Below, piece by piece: positions 35,743 through 46,367 of a stretch of DNA of 64,000 bases. The notes below the pieces were generated by a model that saw only the letters and a program-made list of their open reading frames with translations, made no database searches and was not told the DNA's origin. A program made the position numbers and the translations under genes. Origin of the DNA: an uncultured Gammaproteobacteria bacterium (GTDB lineage Bacteria > Patescibacteriota > Patescibacteriia > UBA9934); contig CAYMYA010000001.1 in assembly GCA_964394565.1 (NCBI GenBank), positions 4,124 to 68,123 of the forward strand. The letters run 5' to 3'. How positions within the stretch are numbered: the stretch's first letter is position 1; every line of letters starts with the position of its first letter.

Positions 35743-36330
35743 ATGGCAAACCTTTCCGTTCCAATTCAAAAATTTATGCCGAATTTGCTCCATCTTTTGT
35801 CGCCTTGGGCAAATGAGGAAAAGCGTATTCTCAATGGTTTGATCGAGGTAAATGCGCGAAGCATTAACAAATATGAGTTCATTACAGAAACAGGCCACCT
35901 AAAGCTCGACCGGGTTGGTTACTCAACACTGTCGTATCCTGGAGCATACGGATTGATTCCTCAAACGTGGGACCAGGATAACGACATGCTGGATTTTATT
36001 CTTGCGAATGTCACGGAAACGCTTGTCCCTGGATCGCTCGTGGAATTGCGCGTGATTGGGATTATGAAGTTTGAGGACGGCGGAGAAATTGATGACAAAA
36101 TTATTTGCGTTCCTGCCGACGATAAACGATCTGATCACATCGTTTCGTATAAAGATTTGGGTGCGCATTGGGAAAAGGAAACTGCACATTACTTTGAGTA
36201 TTACAAACACTTGAAAAAGCCAGGAACATGCAAGGTACTCGGATTTTTCGAGGCCGACGAAGCGGTAAACGTCATTCGCGAATGCACTGAAAGGTATCGT
36301 ACAGAAATCCTTCCGAAGATCGAGGGGTAG
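35743..36330 (+). CDS. ppa: inorganic pyrophosphatase (family I)
   Basis: NKYEFITETGHLKLDRVGYSTLSYPGAYGLIPQTWDQDNDMLDFIL matches the family I PPase core. Confidence 0.85.
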   Translation: MANLSVPIQKFMPNLLHLLSPWANEEKRILNGLIEVNARSINKYEFITETGHLKLDRVGYSTLSYPGAYGLIPQTWDQDNDMLDFILANVTETLVPGSLVELRVIGIMKFEDGGEIDDKIICVPADDKRSDHIVSYKDLGAHWEKETAHYFEYYKHLKKPGTCKVLGFFEADEAVNVIRECTERYRTEILPKIEG

Positions 36331-36360
36331 AATCAAACATAAAAAAAAGAGTGTCAAACT

Positions 36361-36401
36361 GAAGACCGCACCCCGAGAGCGAACGCCCGGGGGCGGTCTT
36401 C
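36361..36401. terminator. GC-rich hairpin between convergent ppa and small Cys-rich ORF (possible bidirectional terminator)
   Basis: GAAGACCGC...GCGGTCTTC outer stem with inner CCCCG/CGGGG; A-run on one side and T-run (minus strand) on the other. Confidence 0.5.
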
Positions 36402-36435
36402 TTAGAGTGCGGCAGCGCGTTGTAGGTTGACTGTC

Positions 36436-36606
36436 CTACCGCCCGATCTCCCCGCAGGGGCTCGGGCAGGGTGCGAAGCACTTCGGCTCCTCACACTTTC
36501 CACCGATCCCACCGCAGCAGAGCGCGATGAGGATTGAGATCACTACGGTGGCTGCGATCAGCCACCCGCATCCGTTGCCCGAGGTTTCTGCTCCACTGCC
36601 TGACAT
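36436..36606 (-). CDS. small Cys-rich membrane peptide (56 aa), hypothetical
   Basis: MSGSGAETSGNGCGWLIAATVVISILIALCCGGIGGKCEEPKCFAPCPSPCGEIGR has a GGAGG RBS 5 nt upstream of its ATG. It has a Gly/Ser-rich N-terminus, one TM helix and a tail with 7 Cys, and its local GC is elevated. Confidence 0.45.
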   Translation of the reverse strand: MSGSGAETSGNGCGWLIAATVVISILIALCCGGIGGKCEEPKCFAPCPSPCGEIGR

Positions 36607-36731
36607 CGTTGCCTCCATGGTTGTGCAACTGGATACAATAGCATAAAAATGAGGAAAAGTCCAGCAATTAATCCAAATAAGCCCAAATTATTGGGTGTTT
36701 GAGAAGGGGAGGGGGCGTGAAACACTGTCGA

Positions 36732-39356
36732 CTAAACAAACGTCACGGTATCCTTTTTGACGTCAACGGTGACAGAGGAATCGATGGCGATGTTGCCCTT
36801 TACAATTTCCAGGGCGAGGGGATCGAGAATTTTGGATTGAATGACGCGCTTTAATGGGCGAGCGCCGTACAAGACGTCGAATCCTTGTTCCGCGAGATAT
36901 TTCTTGGCGCGATCAGTGAATGTTACAGCGATATTTCGTGCTGTTTTTAGCCGTTCCACTACGAGGGCGAGCTGGAGATTGACAATAGAAACGATGTCGT
37001 CCTTGCTCAGCGCGTGGAACACAATAGTTTCATCAATGCGGTTGAGGAATTCTGGACGGAAATGATCGCGCAACATGTCCAATACTTTTTCTTTTGTCGC
37101 TTCATGTTTCGCACCATCGTCTTCCGCGAAGCCAATTTTGCGCCCACTGTTCAGGATGACTTCGCTGCCGATATTCGACGTCATGATGATAATGGTATTT
37201 TTGAAATTCACCACACGCCCTTTTGCATCCGTCATGCGGCCGTCATCCAGAATTTGCAAAAGCATATTGAACACATCCGGATGGGCTTTTTCGACTTCAT
37301 CCAAAAGCACAACAGAGTAGGGGTGTTTGCGAATCTTTTCTGCAAGCTGGCCGCCTTCCTCATATCCAACATAGCCCGGAGGTGAACCGATCATTTTGCT
37401 GACGCTATGTTTTTCCATGTATTCGCTCATGTCTAGGCGAATGAGCGATTTCTCATCATTAAACATGAATGCCGCGAGTGCGCGTGCCAGTTCCGTTTTT
37501 CCAACACCAGTCGGTCCAAGGAAGATGAACGAACCGATCGGTTTTTTTTCTTCAGAAAGTCCAGCACGAGAACGACGCAACGCATTACTAACGGCAGTGA
37601 TAGCTTCGTCCTGCCCAACAACGTGCTTGCGAAGCTCTTCTTCCATACGTGCGAGTTTCTCCATATCACTTTCAAGCATTTTGGACACTGGAATATGCGT
37701 CCAACGGCCGACGACCGTCGCGATGTCTTCTTCGGTAATCACTTCTTTCAACAAGCCGCGTTCTGCTTGAAATTTTTTGAGTTCTTGTTCCTTTGCGGTG
37801 AGATCCTCACGTTTTGCTGGAAGTTCTGCATAGCGAATTTCCGCCACGCGTTCAAGGTTCCCGCGACGCTCTTCGTATTCCGCTTCGTTGGTGAGTTTAT
37901 CAATTTCACCTTTGCGCTCACGAATCGTTGCGATTAATTGTTTTTCGTTCGTCCATCGTAGTGACACTTCTGCAGAACGTTCCTTGCTATCGGCAATGAG
38001 TTTTTCAATTTCCTTGAGGCGCTCTTTCGACGCTTTGTCGTCTTCTTTTAATAACGCTTGCCGTTCAATTTGGAGACGCATCTCTTCGCGCGTCATCCGG
38101 TCCAAATCTTCTGGCATGGAATCGATTTGTAGCCGGAGACCTGCAGCGGCTTCGTCGATTAAATCAATCGCTTTATCCGGCAACTGCCGATCAGAAATGT
38201 ATCGCGCAGAAAGTGTTGCAGCGGCAACAATAGCGTTATCGGAAATGCGAACACCGTGATGAATTTCATAGCGCTCTTTAATACCGCGCAAGATAGCAAT
38301 CGCGTCCTCCACCGACGGCTCTTCAACCATAATGGGCTGGAATCGGCGCTCGAGTGCTTGATCTTTTTCAATATGTCGCTGATATTCCTTGGTAGTTGTC
38401 GCGCCAATAACACGCAGTTCGCCTCGCGCTAATGCCGGCTTCAGAAGATTGCTCGCGTCCATAGGTGACTCGTCACCTTTTCCGGCGCCGACCAGCATGT
38501 GAAGTTCGTCGATGAAGAGGATGTACTTGCCTTCGGACTGCGTGACTTCTTTCATGACGGCCTTGAGACGCTCCTCAAATTCTCCACGAAATTTTGTGCC
38601 AGCAATTAATGCGCCAAGGTCGAGTGAAACGATTTCTTTTTGCTTCAGTGTTTCTGGAACGTCGCCCGCCACAACACGAAGAGCCAAGCCTTCTACAATC
38701 GCTGTTTTTCCAACCCCAGCCTCGCCAATGAGGACAGGGTTATTTTTTGTACGACGAGAAAGCACCTGCATGACACGACGAATTTCTTCATCCCGACCAA
38801 TCACGGGATCAAGCTTTCCATGTCGCGCGCGTTCAGTAAGATTTTGACTGTATTTTTCGATCGCCTGATATTTTGCTTCAGGATCCTGCGAATCAACACG
38901 TTGACTGCCACGAAGATCCTTCAGAGCTTGAAGAATGAGCGCTTCAGTAACCTGATGCTCAGCAAGCATGGCCGCGATCGGTCGATCAATGAGCAGACCA
39001 AGTAATAAATGTTCAGTAGAAATATACTCGTCACCAAATTGTTTTGCGGTTTTCGCAGAGGCTTCAAGCACATGCGCGAGGGCAGGGGTAAGAATGATTT
39101 GGCCAATGCCGCCACGCTCGCGCTTGCCGTGCTTTGGGAGGCTATCGCACATCCGATCAATATCGCCCAATAGTGCAGGAAGACTCGTGGCCATTTTTTG
39201 AAAAATTGTCACCACAAAACCGCCCTCTTGACGGGCAAGTGCCGCGAGAAGATGAATCGGTTCAACGCCCTGTTGTCCGTTTTCGTCGGCAAACATTTGC
39301 GCACTCTGGATTGCTTCTTGCGATTTGCTGGTGAAATTGTTGGGAATCATAGCCAA
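36732..39356 (-). CDS. clpB: ATP-dependent chaperone ClpB
   Basis: 874 aa with two AAA+ modules ([18 protein letters not shown]), a middle coiled coil and a Clp N-domain. Confidence 0.95.
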   Translation of the reverse strand: MAMIPNNFTSKSQEAIQSAQMFADENGQQGVEPIHLLAALARQEGGFVVTIFQKMATSLPALLGDIDRMCDSLPKHGKRERGGIGQIILTPALAHVLEASAKTAKQFGDEYISTEHLLLGLLIDRPIAAMLAEHQVTEALILQALKDLRGSQRVDSQDPEAKYQAIEKYSQNLTERARHGKLDPVIGRDEEIRRVMQVLSRRTKNNPVLIGEAGVGKTAIVEGLALRVVAGDVPETLKQKEIVSLDLGALIAGTKFRGEFEERLKAVMKEVTQSEGKYILFIDELHMLVGAGKGDESPMDASNLLKPALARGELRVIGATTTKEYQRHIEKDQALERRFQPIMVEEPSVEDAIAILRGIKERYEIHHGVRISDNAIVAAATLSARYISDRQLPDKAIDLIDEAAAGLRLQIDSMPEDLDRMTREEMRLQIERQALLKEDDKASKERLKEIEKLIADSKERSAEVSLRWTNEKQLIATIRERKGEIDKLTNEAEYEERRGNLERVAEIRYAELPAKREDLTAKEQELKKFQAERGLLKEVITEEDIATVVGRWTHIPVSKMLESDMEKLARMEEELRKHVVGQDEAITAVSNALRRSRAGLSEEKKPIGSFIFLGPTGVGKTELARALAAFMFNDEKSLIRLDMSEYMEKHSVSKMIGSPPGYVGYEEGGQLAEKIRKHPYSVVLLDEVEKAHPDVFNMLLQILDDGRMTDAKGRVVNFKNTIIIMTSNIGSEVILNSGRKIGFAEDDGAKHEATKEKVLDMLRDHFRPEFLNRIDETIVFHALSKDDIVSIVNLQLALVVERLKTARNIAVTFTDRAKKYLAEQGFDVLYGARPLKRVIQSKILDPLALEIVKGNIAIDSSVTVDVKKDTVTFV

Positions 39357-39363
39357 ATTTTCA

Positions 39364-39400
39364 CGGTATTAGCACTCACCATGATAGAGTGCTAATACCG
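39364..39400. promoter_or_regulatory. CIRCE operator (HrcA box) immediately upstream of clpB
   Basis: TTAGCACTC-N9-GAGTGCTAA at 39369-39395 is a perfect match to the CIRCE consensus, and the inverted repeat extends to 14 bp. Confidence 0.8.
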
Positions 39401-39458
39401 AATCGTCAACGGTGTGGTTATTCACAGGTTGGGAAAAATATGCTAACATTGGCGCTAT

Positions 39459-39890
39459 ATGCGTCGTTTTCTTCCGTCATTATTTTGGATATGTCTCGTG
39501 TTCGCCGCTAACGCTGTTGCACTTGTGCTGGATTTGTATGCGCAATTTCTGTGGCTCGATATCCCTATGCATTTTTTCGGGGGCTATACGGTTGCATTAT
39601 TGGGTTTGGCGATTTATGAGTGGATGAAAGATCGTGTAACAATTCGCCGCACATCCCATCCGCAAAGTCGTATTGCGCTATTCCTTCTTGAAGGCTTTGT
39701 GGTGATCGGATTTGTGCTTTGTATCAGCGTAGCATGGGAGATTTGGGAGTTTCTGATGGATCAGTATGCAACCGCATTTGTTGAGCGATTCGGCGCGACA
39801 CAGCCTGGTATGGCAGATACCATGGACGATTTTCTGAACGACACGATCGGTGCGGTGACGGGCTGGTTGCTCTGGCGGACGAAAACATAA
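39459..39890 (+). CDS. hypothetical integral membrane protein
   Basis: 143 aa with 4 predicted TM helices. Confidence 0.5.
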   Translation: MRRFLPSLFWICLVFAANAVALVLDLYAQFLWLDIPMHFFGGYTVALLGLAIYEWMKDRVTIRRTSHPQSRIALFLLEGFVVIGFVLCISVAWEIWEFLMDQYATAFVERFGATQPGMADTMDDFLNDTIGAVTGWLLWRTKT

Positions 39891-39892
39891 TT

Positions 39893-40711
39893 ATGCGTGC
39901 ATATTCGATATTCGGTATTCCGTTACACGATGTCACGCCCGAGGAGCTTGCGGACATTTTTCTGCATATTCATGGTCTGATTGTGACGCCAAACCCGGAA
40001 ATTCTTCTTGCAGCTCGGAGAAACGATGCGTATGGTGCACTCCTTCGTTCCGCAGCGCTTGCACTTCCTGACGGCATTGCAACAGTATTCGCAGTCGCAG
40101 CGTTGCACGACGTCTCCACACTTCGTCGTTACCCCGGGGTCGATACTGTTTCGATGATCGCGACTGCCGCAAAACACAACAAGGAAACATTGCTCGTGAT
40201 TGGCGGGTATAAAGAGGATTACGATCGTTTACTCGAACGTCTGCGACGTGTACATCCAGAACTCCGCGTGATGTGTATCGATCCGGGCGTCATTAACGAG
40301 GAACGCCCCATGTTGAGCGAAGAGCAATGCGATGCACTCCGGCATGTCGGTTCTTCAGTGGCGATTGTTGCCCTAGGGCAGGGAAGGGGTCGTCATCAGG
40401 GCAAACAGGAACACGTAGCCGCTGACCTTTGCACGCGTCTTCCAAATGTTCGTTTTGCGATTGGCGTGGGAGGTGCGGTGGATGTATTGTCCGGGCGTGT
40501 GGTACGTGCACCGAAATCATTCCAAGTATGGGGATTTGAGTGGCTGTGGCGACTTTGCACACAGCCGTGGAGGTTCGTGCGAATCGTTCGCGCGGTGATT
40601 GTCTTTCCAACGCTCGTGGCTTGGGATACACTGAGACAGGGTCGTTTTCTTCGCGCATGTCATTCGGTTTTTCGCGCATTCATTGTGCATTTCTTCTCAA
40701 TATCTGTATGA
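39893..40711 (+). CDS. tagA: WecB/TagA/CpsF-family glycosyltransferase (UDP-ManNAc-type transferase)
   Basis: MRAYSIFGIPLHDVT...LIVTPNPEIL and the characteristic length and pattern of the family. Confidence 0.75.
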   Translation: MRAYSIFGIPLHDVTPEELADIFLHIHGLIVTPNPEILLAARRNDAYGALLRSAALALPDGIATVFAVAALHDVSTLRRYPGVDTVSMIATAAKHNKETLLVIGGYKEDYDRLLERLRRVHPELRVMCIDPGVINEERPMLSEEQCDALRHVGSSVAIVALGQGRGRHQGKQEHVAADLCTRLPNVRFAIGVGGAVDVLSGRVVRAPKSFQVWGFEWLWRLCTQPWRFVRIVRAVIVFPTLVAWDTLRQGRFLRACHSVFRAFIVHFFSISV

Positions 40712-42171
40712 ACGTTCGTACCCGTCTCGCTCCATCACCAACAGGAAAAATGCACATTGGTACGCTACGTACGGCATTATTTGATTATTTTCTCGCCAAG
40801 CAACACAATGGGCAGTTTATTATTCGTATAGAAGATACGGATCAAGGACGTCGTGTGCCGGGCGCGGTAGAAAATCTTTTGGAAATGTTTGCCGCAGTAC
40901 ATATTGTGCATGATGAAGGGCCGTATCTTACCGCGGAAGGCACAATTGCGGAAAAGGGCGAATTTGGGCCGTATGTGCAATCTGCTCGTCTGCCATTATA
41001 CAAACGTTATGCAGATGAATTAGTCGCGAAAGGATTTGCATACCCATGCTTTTGTACCGTTGAGCGATTAGACGAAATGCGTAAAGCACAGATCGCAGTG
41101 AAGCAGACAACCAAGTACGATCGACACTGTTTGTCACTTACTGCGTCCGATGCGATGCGACGCATCTCTGCGGGTGAAAGTCACGTGATTCGCATGAAGA
41201 TTCCAGAAGGTAAAACGGAATTTGTTGATGCGATCCGTGGCGCGATTGTCTTTGATCACCATGAAGTTGACGACGCGATCATTATGAAGTCCGACGGTTT
41301 TCCGACGTATTTCTTAGCGTGTGTCGTCGACGATCATTTCATGCAGATTTCTCATATTCTTCGTGGTGAAGAATGGATTTCATCTACGCCGAAGTCGCTT
41401 ATATTGAGTCAGATGCTCGGATGGGATTCGCCGATATTTGCTCATGTACCGGTACTCCTTGGCCCGGACAAGAAAAAGCTCTCTAAACGCACTGGCGATA
41501 CCGCGGTTGAGGAATACTTTAAGCATGGATATCTCGCAGAAGCTCTTGTGAATTTTATTGGTACGTTGGGATTTAATCCTTCGGGAGAACGGGAAATCTT
41601 TACGCTTGATGAATTGGTTGAGAGCTTTGATTTAAGCAAAGTCAATTCTGCGGGCGCTATTTTAAACATAGAAAAATTAGATTGGATGAACCGTTATTAC
41701 TTGATGCAGTTATCTCAGGAGGATCTCGTACGTCGTGCGGCAGCATTTGTCCACGCAGATTGTTCAGATATTCGTGTGCAACGTGCGCTTTTTGTGGAAC
41801 GTTCCCGTGTTTCACGGTTAACGGAGTTTGATCAGGCCATAGCGCCATATCTGCAGCTTCCCACGTATCATCCGCATGTACTTATTTGGAAAAAGGCTGA
41901 TCAAAATGATGCAATTGCCCAACTCTCTGCTATACGCGATGTTCTTCATGCACTTGGCGAAAAAGATTTTGAACAGCCTGATCTCCTCGAAACGAGCATT
42001 AAGGAGTATATTCTTCAGGGAGGGCTTCAAAATGGCAATGTCTTGTGGCCACTTCGCGTCGCACTCTCCGGTGCGGAAAAATCTGCAACGCCGTTTGAGT
42101 TATTATGGGTATTAGGAAAACAGGAATCACTTGAACGCATTTCCGTAGCGCTTAAGCGGCTTCACGAATAA
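40708..42171 (+). CDS. gltX: glutamate--tRNA ligase
   Basis: The start is at MNVRTRLAPSPTGKMHIGTLRTALF (HIGH motif) and a KLSKR motif is present; it makes a 4-nt ATGA overlap with tagA. Confidence 0.9.
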   Translation: MNVRTRLAPSPTGKMHIGTLRTALFDYFLAKQHNGQFIIRIEDTDQGRRVPGAVENLLEMFAAVHIVHDEGPYLTAEGTIAEKGEFGPYVQSARLPLYKRYADELVAKGFAYPCFCTVERLDEMRKAQIAVKQTTKYDRHCLSLTASDAMRRISAGESHVIRMKIPEGKTEFVDAIRGAIVFDHHEVDDAIIMKSDGFPTYFLACVVDDHFMQISHILRGEEWISSTPKSLILSQMLGWDSPIFAHVPVLLGPDKKKLSKRTGDTAVEEYFKHGYLAEALVNFIGTLGFNPSGEREIFTLDELVESFDLSKVNSAGAILNIEKLDWMNRYYLMQLSQEDLVRRAAAFVHADCSDIRVQRALFVERSRVSRLTEFDQAIAPYLQLPTYHPHVLIWKKADQNDAIAQLSAIRDVLHALGEKDFEQPDLLETSIKEYILQGGLQNGNVLWPLRVALSGAEKSATPFELLWVLGKQESLERISVALKRLHE

Positions 42172-42181
42172 CGTTCTTTTT

Positions 42182-43387
42182 ATGGAGGGAAGGGGAGTGA
42201 GGGCAATTCAGGGAGCGATATTCATGGGGTGTCTGTTATTGACGCCGATATTTGCGATTGCCGCCGAGGACGTCACGCAGTTGCAACAAACCATTACGCA
42301 AAAGAAAAATGAAATTCAAGCGCTAAATGCGCAATTAGATCAATATAAGGCAAAAATTCGGGAATTAGCAGGGAAGGGCGCGTCGTTACAGAACGATATC
42401 GCGCTCCTTGAAAACGAAATTGCCATGGGGCAACTTGATATCGCAGCAACACAAAATGCAATCGATCAAGAAACGCTTGAATTACGTATTATCGATGATC
42501 AAATTGGGCAAGTTGAACAAGAGCTTGCTGATCGCCGCGCAATGCTGGCGGATGTGTTGTTCGCCATGAACAAAACTGATGGGCAAGGTGTACTTGATGT
42601 CGTGCTCAATATTGGTTCCATGGGAGATGTATTCGACGCTGCGCAGCAAATTGCCAGCGTGAACGAAACCATGAAATCAGCTCTGGAGGCGACGAAAAAT
42701 ACGAGACAATCGCTTGTAGATCGTCAAACCGAACATGAAGCAAAGGTGACGGATCTTTCAGAGGTGCAGCGAGAACTTGCGCGGAAAACTCAGAATCTTG
42801 ATTTACGAAAGAGTGCAAAAGTTGTTCTCGCACAGGCGACATCGGAATCCGAGAATGAATACCGAACATTAATGAGCGAAATTCGCTCAGAACAGCAGGC
42901 AATCGCGAATGAAGTTGCGGCATTGCAAGACGACGTGCAGAGCAAGCTAAAATCCTTAGACGGGTACGAGGGCGAAACGACCTTTACGTGGCCAGTACAT
43001 GGAGTGATCACTGCATTATTTCACGACCCATCCTATCCGTTCAGGAACCTCTTCGAACATGCTGGGGTAGATATCGCAGTACCACAAGGGACGGCGATTG
43101 AGGCAGCTGCACCTGGATTTGTAGCGCGTGTGTACAAAGGTCAAGATTACGGCTACTACGTGTTGATTATTCATGCAAATGGTTTTGCAACGCTCTATGC
43201 GCATATGTCGCGCATCGACGTGGAATTAGATCAATACGTTTCTCGTGGGCAAAGTATTGGTCTCTCTGGCGGCCGACCTGGAACACCCGGTGCCGGCTTT
43301 TCTACAGGCCCTCACACGCATTTTGAAATTCGATTAAATGGAATTCCGGTCAATCCTTTAGCATACCTTGATATGAGCCAGTTCTAG
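42182..43387 (+). CDS. M23-family peptidase with N-terminal coiled coil (EnvC-like murein hydrolase activator/endopeptidase)
   Basis: Signal/TM segment, a long coiled coil and a C-terminal M23 domain (HAGVDIAVPQGTAI...GYYVLIIHANGFATLYAH...GPHTHFEI). Confidence 0.8.
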   Translation: MEGRGVRAIQGAIFMGCLLLTPIFAIAAEDVTQLQQTITQKKNEIQALNAQLDQYKAKIRELAGKGASLQNDIALLENEIAMGQLDIAATQNAIDQETLELRIIDDQIGQVEQELADRRAMLADVLFAMNKTDGQGVLDVVLNIGSMGDVFDAAQQIASVNETMKSALEATKNTRQSLVDRQTEHEAKVTDLSEVQRELARKTQNLDLRKSAKVVLAQATSESENEYRTLMSEIRSEQQAIANEVAALQDDVQSKLKSLDGYEGETTFTWPVHGVITALFHDPSYPFRNLFEHAGVDIAVPQGTAIEAAAPGFVARVYKGQDYGYYVLIIHANGFATLYAHMSRIDVELDQYVSRGQSIGLSGGRPGTPGAGFSTGPHTHFEIRLNGIPVNPLAYLDMSQF

Positions 43388-43879
43388 CGCCCTTCATGAT
43401 GCGTTATGTTGCGTTCTTTGAAAAAAGAGCCACTAGAGTAGCCTTATTTTAACACAGCGCATTTAAATGCGTCTGGATTTGGGTCATCCTGAGGGTCGGC
43501 GCGCGAGGATAAGCAAGTAGGTATTGGAGCGAAGAGCGACTTCAACCATCGAGGCCAAAGGCTCTCAGCCATTGCGAGGAAAACGTCACCGTCGACGAAG
43601 CACGTTGAGCTGACACCTGACGTTGATCTCCAAGATGAGAGAGTTTAGAGGGACACGTATTACGGTTTTTCAATGACCGAGAAAGTGTAGGAAGAACACG
43701 AGTCGGTCATTATTGATTTGATGGTTATCAATAACCTCACAAAGCGTCGTAAATGATATATTGTACGACGCCAGATATTCTATTGCAATATACCTACTCT
43801 TCTCCGTTCTACTCCCCGCATACCTTCCCGATCACATGCACATCAATACTCACAAGTTTCTTCAGATACACTTTACGAG

Positions 43880-44335
43880 CTATTTTTCTTGTAGATCCAC
43901 GAGATCTTGTAATACTTCATCTACGTGACCCGAAACCTTTACATCATCGTATCGTTTCACCATCTCCCCTACTGGATCGATGATCACTGTGGTGCGCACA
44001 ATGCCTTCATATGAACGTCCCATAAACTTTTTCATTTTCCATACTCCATACGCTTCACAGACTGCATGATTTTCATCTGCGAGCAGGGTAAATTGTAATG
44101 ATTGCTGTTTTGCAAACTTTTCATGTCGAGCCACACTATCTGCAGAAATTCCCAGGACAACCGCTCCGTGTTGCGCTAATCGATTCATGTTGTCACGAAA
44201 ACTGCACGCCTCAATAGTGCACCCAGGAGTCATATCTTTCGGGTAAAAATAGAGCACAACCCACTTCCCTGCGTAATCACTCAAGGTGTGCATGACCGCA
44301 TGTTGATCGGGTAAAGTGAAATTTGGCGCTAGCAT
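43880..44335 (-). CDS. bcp: thioredoxin-dependent thiol peroxidase (peroxiredoxin Bcp)
   Basis: MLAPNFTLPDQ...VVLYFYPKDMTPGCTIEAC aligns to E. coli Bcp; the start is placed at the internal Met. Confidence 0.85.
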   Translation of the reverse strand: MLAPNFTLPDQHAVMHTLSDYAGKWVVLYFYPKDMTPGCTIEACSFRDNMNRLAQHGAVVLGISADSVARHEKFAKQQSLQFTLLADENHAVCEAYGVWKMKKFMGRSYEGIVRTTVIIDPVGEMVKRYDDVKVSGHVDEVLQDLVDLQEK

Positions 44336-44345
44336 AAAGAAAGAT

Positions 44346-45230
44346 TTATTTTGTATAAACGTACGCACCAAACCTGAGGTCAATGTACTGATCTGGTAGG
44401 ACAGAAGTATCTGCAGCAATCACTGCTCGAAGTGCATCCATTTGCTCAGTGATACTGCGTGTCGCGATATCGACATACAAATCATACTCCGCCGTAGTAT
44501 CAATGCGAACAAATGGCGCGTCAATGCCATCGAGAAAAAAAGCAACTGCATGGAGTCCATTCATAGGCAGTTGTTCGGAGAGAGTAAGAAGCGCCAGGGT
44601 TTTTTGTGCTGAAAGTGCAGGTGTTGGATCGTTTTTTGTATTCACAACAATTGGCATGTCGACCTGAAGTGGAAAAAGATATTCTTCTGGTAATGGGGTT
44701 GCACTACCCATACGGATATCGATTGCCCGTGACTCTTCCGTGGTAGCATCTCGTATATACACCCCAGACACATCGAGCATGACCGTTTTTTCTTTTGTTC
44801 GCAGGGCGATCGTGGTGATTCTTTCCACGACGTCAATGTCAAATTCCTGTCCGTTTCGGCGAATCGTGACGGATTGCAGGGGGTATTGTTGAGAAAGCCT
44901 ATCAGCCAGAGTGGCGAGTCGCACACTGTATATATTGGTTTCCGATGTGAACGGAAACCGTGATTGGCGCATGCTCTCCCACACTGATTGTGATAGTGCA
45001 GATGGATCAAGGGTCACAACGCCGCGTATGTTCACCGAGCGGAGTTGGAATATTGGAATGTAGGTTATGCCAATCCCACAGGCAACGAGAAAGACGGTTC
45101 CCAAAACGATACCCAAGCCAATACGCCATTTTGGAGTTTTGATCTTTAAAAATAGTGGGTTTTTAAGTGTGCCGTCATCGTGCGCTTTAGCATGGCGGAG
45201 CCGAAGGAAATTTCTGGAGTGTTTTACCAT
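44346..45230 (-). CDS. ftsQ: cell division protein FtsQ/DivIB
   Basis: N-terminal TM helix then a POTRA-like region; sits in an ftsQ-alr neighbourhood. Confidence 0.7.
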   Translation of the reverse strand: MVKHSRNFLRLRHAKAHDDGTLKNPLFLKIKTPKWRIGLGIVLGTVFLVACGIGITYIPIFQLRSVNIRGVVTLDPSALSQSVWESMRQSRFPFTSETNIYSVRLATLADRLSQQYPLQSVTIRRNGQEFDIDVVERITTIALRTKEKTVMLDVSGVYIRDATTEESRAIDIRMGSATPLPEEYLFPLQVDMPIVVNTKNDPTPALSAQKTLALLTLSEQLPMNGLHAVAFFLDGIDAPFVRIDTTAEYDLYVDIATRSITEQMDALRAVIAADTSVLPDQYIDLRFGAYVYTK

Positions 45231-46366
45231 ATCACTCGCGGAAGCGAGGAGGCAATGCGGGTTACCACCTCATAATGAATTGTACCGAGATGCGCCGCGA
45301 TATCATCTGCACTAACGGTATGCATTCCATCACGACCGAGTAATGTCACTTCGTCGTCAATGGCGACTGACGGAACCGCGGAGACATCGGCCATACACAC
45401 GTTCATACATATATTACCGACGATCGAGCATTTTCGTCCACGAATAATCACCTCTCCCCTGTTTGAAAGCCCACGATCATACCCATCAGCATAGCCGACT
45501 GGCAACACCGCGATCCGAAGCGGCCGATTTGCGACATGAGTGCCGCCGTACCCAATAGCACTGCCTGGCGGAACGTCTTTGACCTGTGCGATGCGTGTCT
45601 TCCATTGTAGCACCGGAGAAAGCTCGATATTTTGGCGTCCCAATACGACGTGTCGTTTATGTTGTTTGCTTGCCCAAAGTCCGTACAACACAATGCCGTA
45701 GCGTACCATCGTTCCCTGCACATCTGGATTGGTCATAGCTGCAGCAGAACCTGCGATGTGCTGATATTGAGGATGGAATCCAGCAGCGTGTATTGCTTCA
45801 AGCGCGAGGGAAAAATTCTGTACTTGAAACGCATTCATCGGATCTGTTGGCTCCTCTGCATTCGCAAAATGCGACGCAGCACTCATAAGCACCACTCGGC
45901 CTTCTGTACGCGAAATAAACTCTAAAAGATTTGCGGCTCCCCTCGGTCCGACGCCTTGGCGATGAAGACCGGTTTCGATCTTTAATGAAACCCGTGCGGG
46001 GCATTCTGTAGTTCCGTATTTGCTCAATTCACGAATTGTGCGTTCGTCGTATACGGTTTGGATCGCGCCAATACTCACAACGTCTTTCAGTCGTTCAGGG
46101 ACGGTGTAATTGAGAATAAACACTGTTGCTGCTGGCGCGTGTGTTGCAAGAAGTATTGCTTCATCAATCGAATCAACGGCAAAATGCGTTACCCCTGATT
46201 CGAGGAGCAGTGCAGTCATTTCTTGCTGACCATGCCCATAAGCATTTGCCTTAATGACTGCACAAAATTCGACCCCAGGAACGAGGAAACTTCGAAGTGC
46301 GGCGATGTTATTTTCCACCGCCGCACGCGAAATCTCGACCCATGTTTTGTGTCCGTGAAGAACCAT
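45224..46366 (-). CDS. alr: alanine racemase
   Basis: The PLP lysine motif AVIKANAYGHG is present in a 380-aa protein. Confidence 0.9.
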   Translation of the reverse strand: MVLHGHKTWVEISRAAVENNIAALRSFLVPGVEFCAVIKANAYGHGQQEMTALLLESGVTHFAVDSIDEAILLATHAPAATVFILNYTVPERLKDVVSIGAIQTVYDERTIRELSKYGTTECPARVSLKIETGLHRQGVGPRGAANLLEFISRTEGRVVLMSAASHFANAEEPTDPMNAFQVQNFSLALEAIHAAGFHPQYQHIAGSAAAMTNPDVQGTMVRYGIVLYGLWASKQHKRHVVLGRQNIELSPVLQWKTRIAQVKDVPPGSAIGYGGTHVANRPLRIAVLPVGYADGYDRGLSNRGEVIIRGRKCSIVGNICMNVCMADVSAVPSVAIDDEVTLLGRDGMHTVSADDIAAHLGTIHYEVVTRIASSLPRVIW

Positions 46367-46367
46367 G

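Noticed and set aside
43753-43983. 76-aa + ORF
   Set aside because: It overlaps the bcp 3' end antisense and has a low-complexity Pro/Ser/Thr-rich translation. The segment is treated as part of the non-coding intergenic region.
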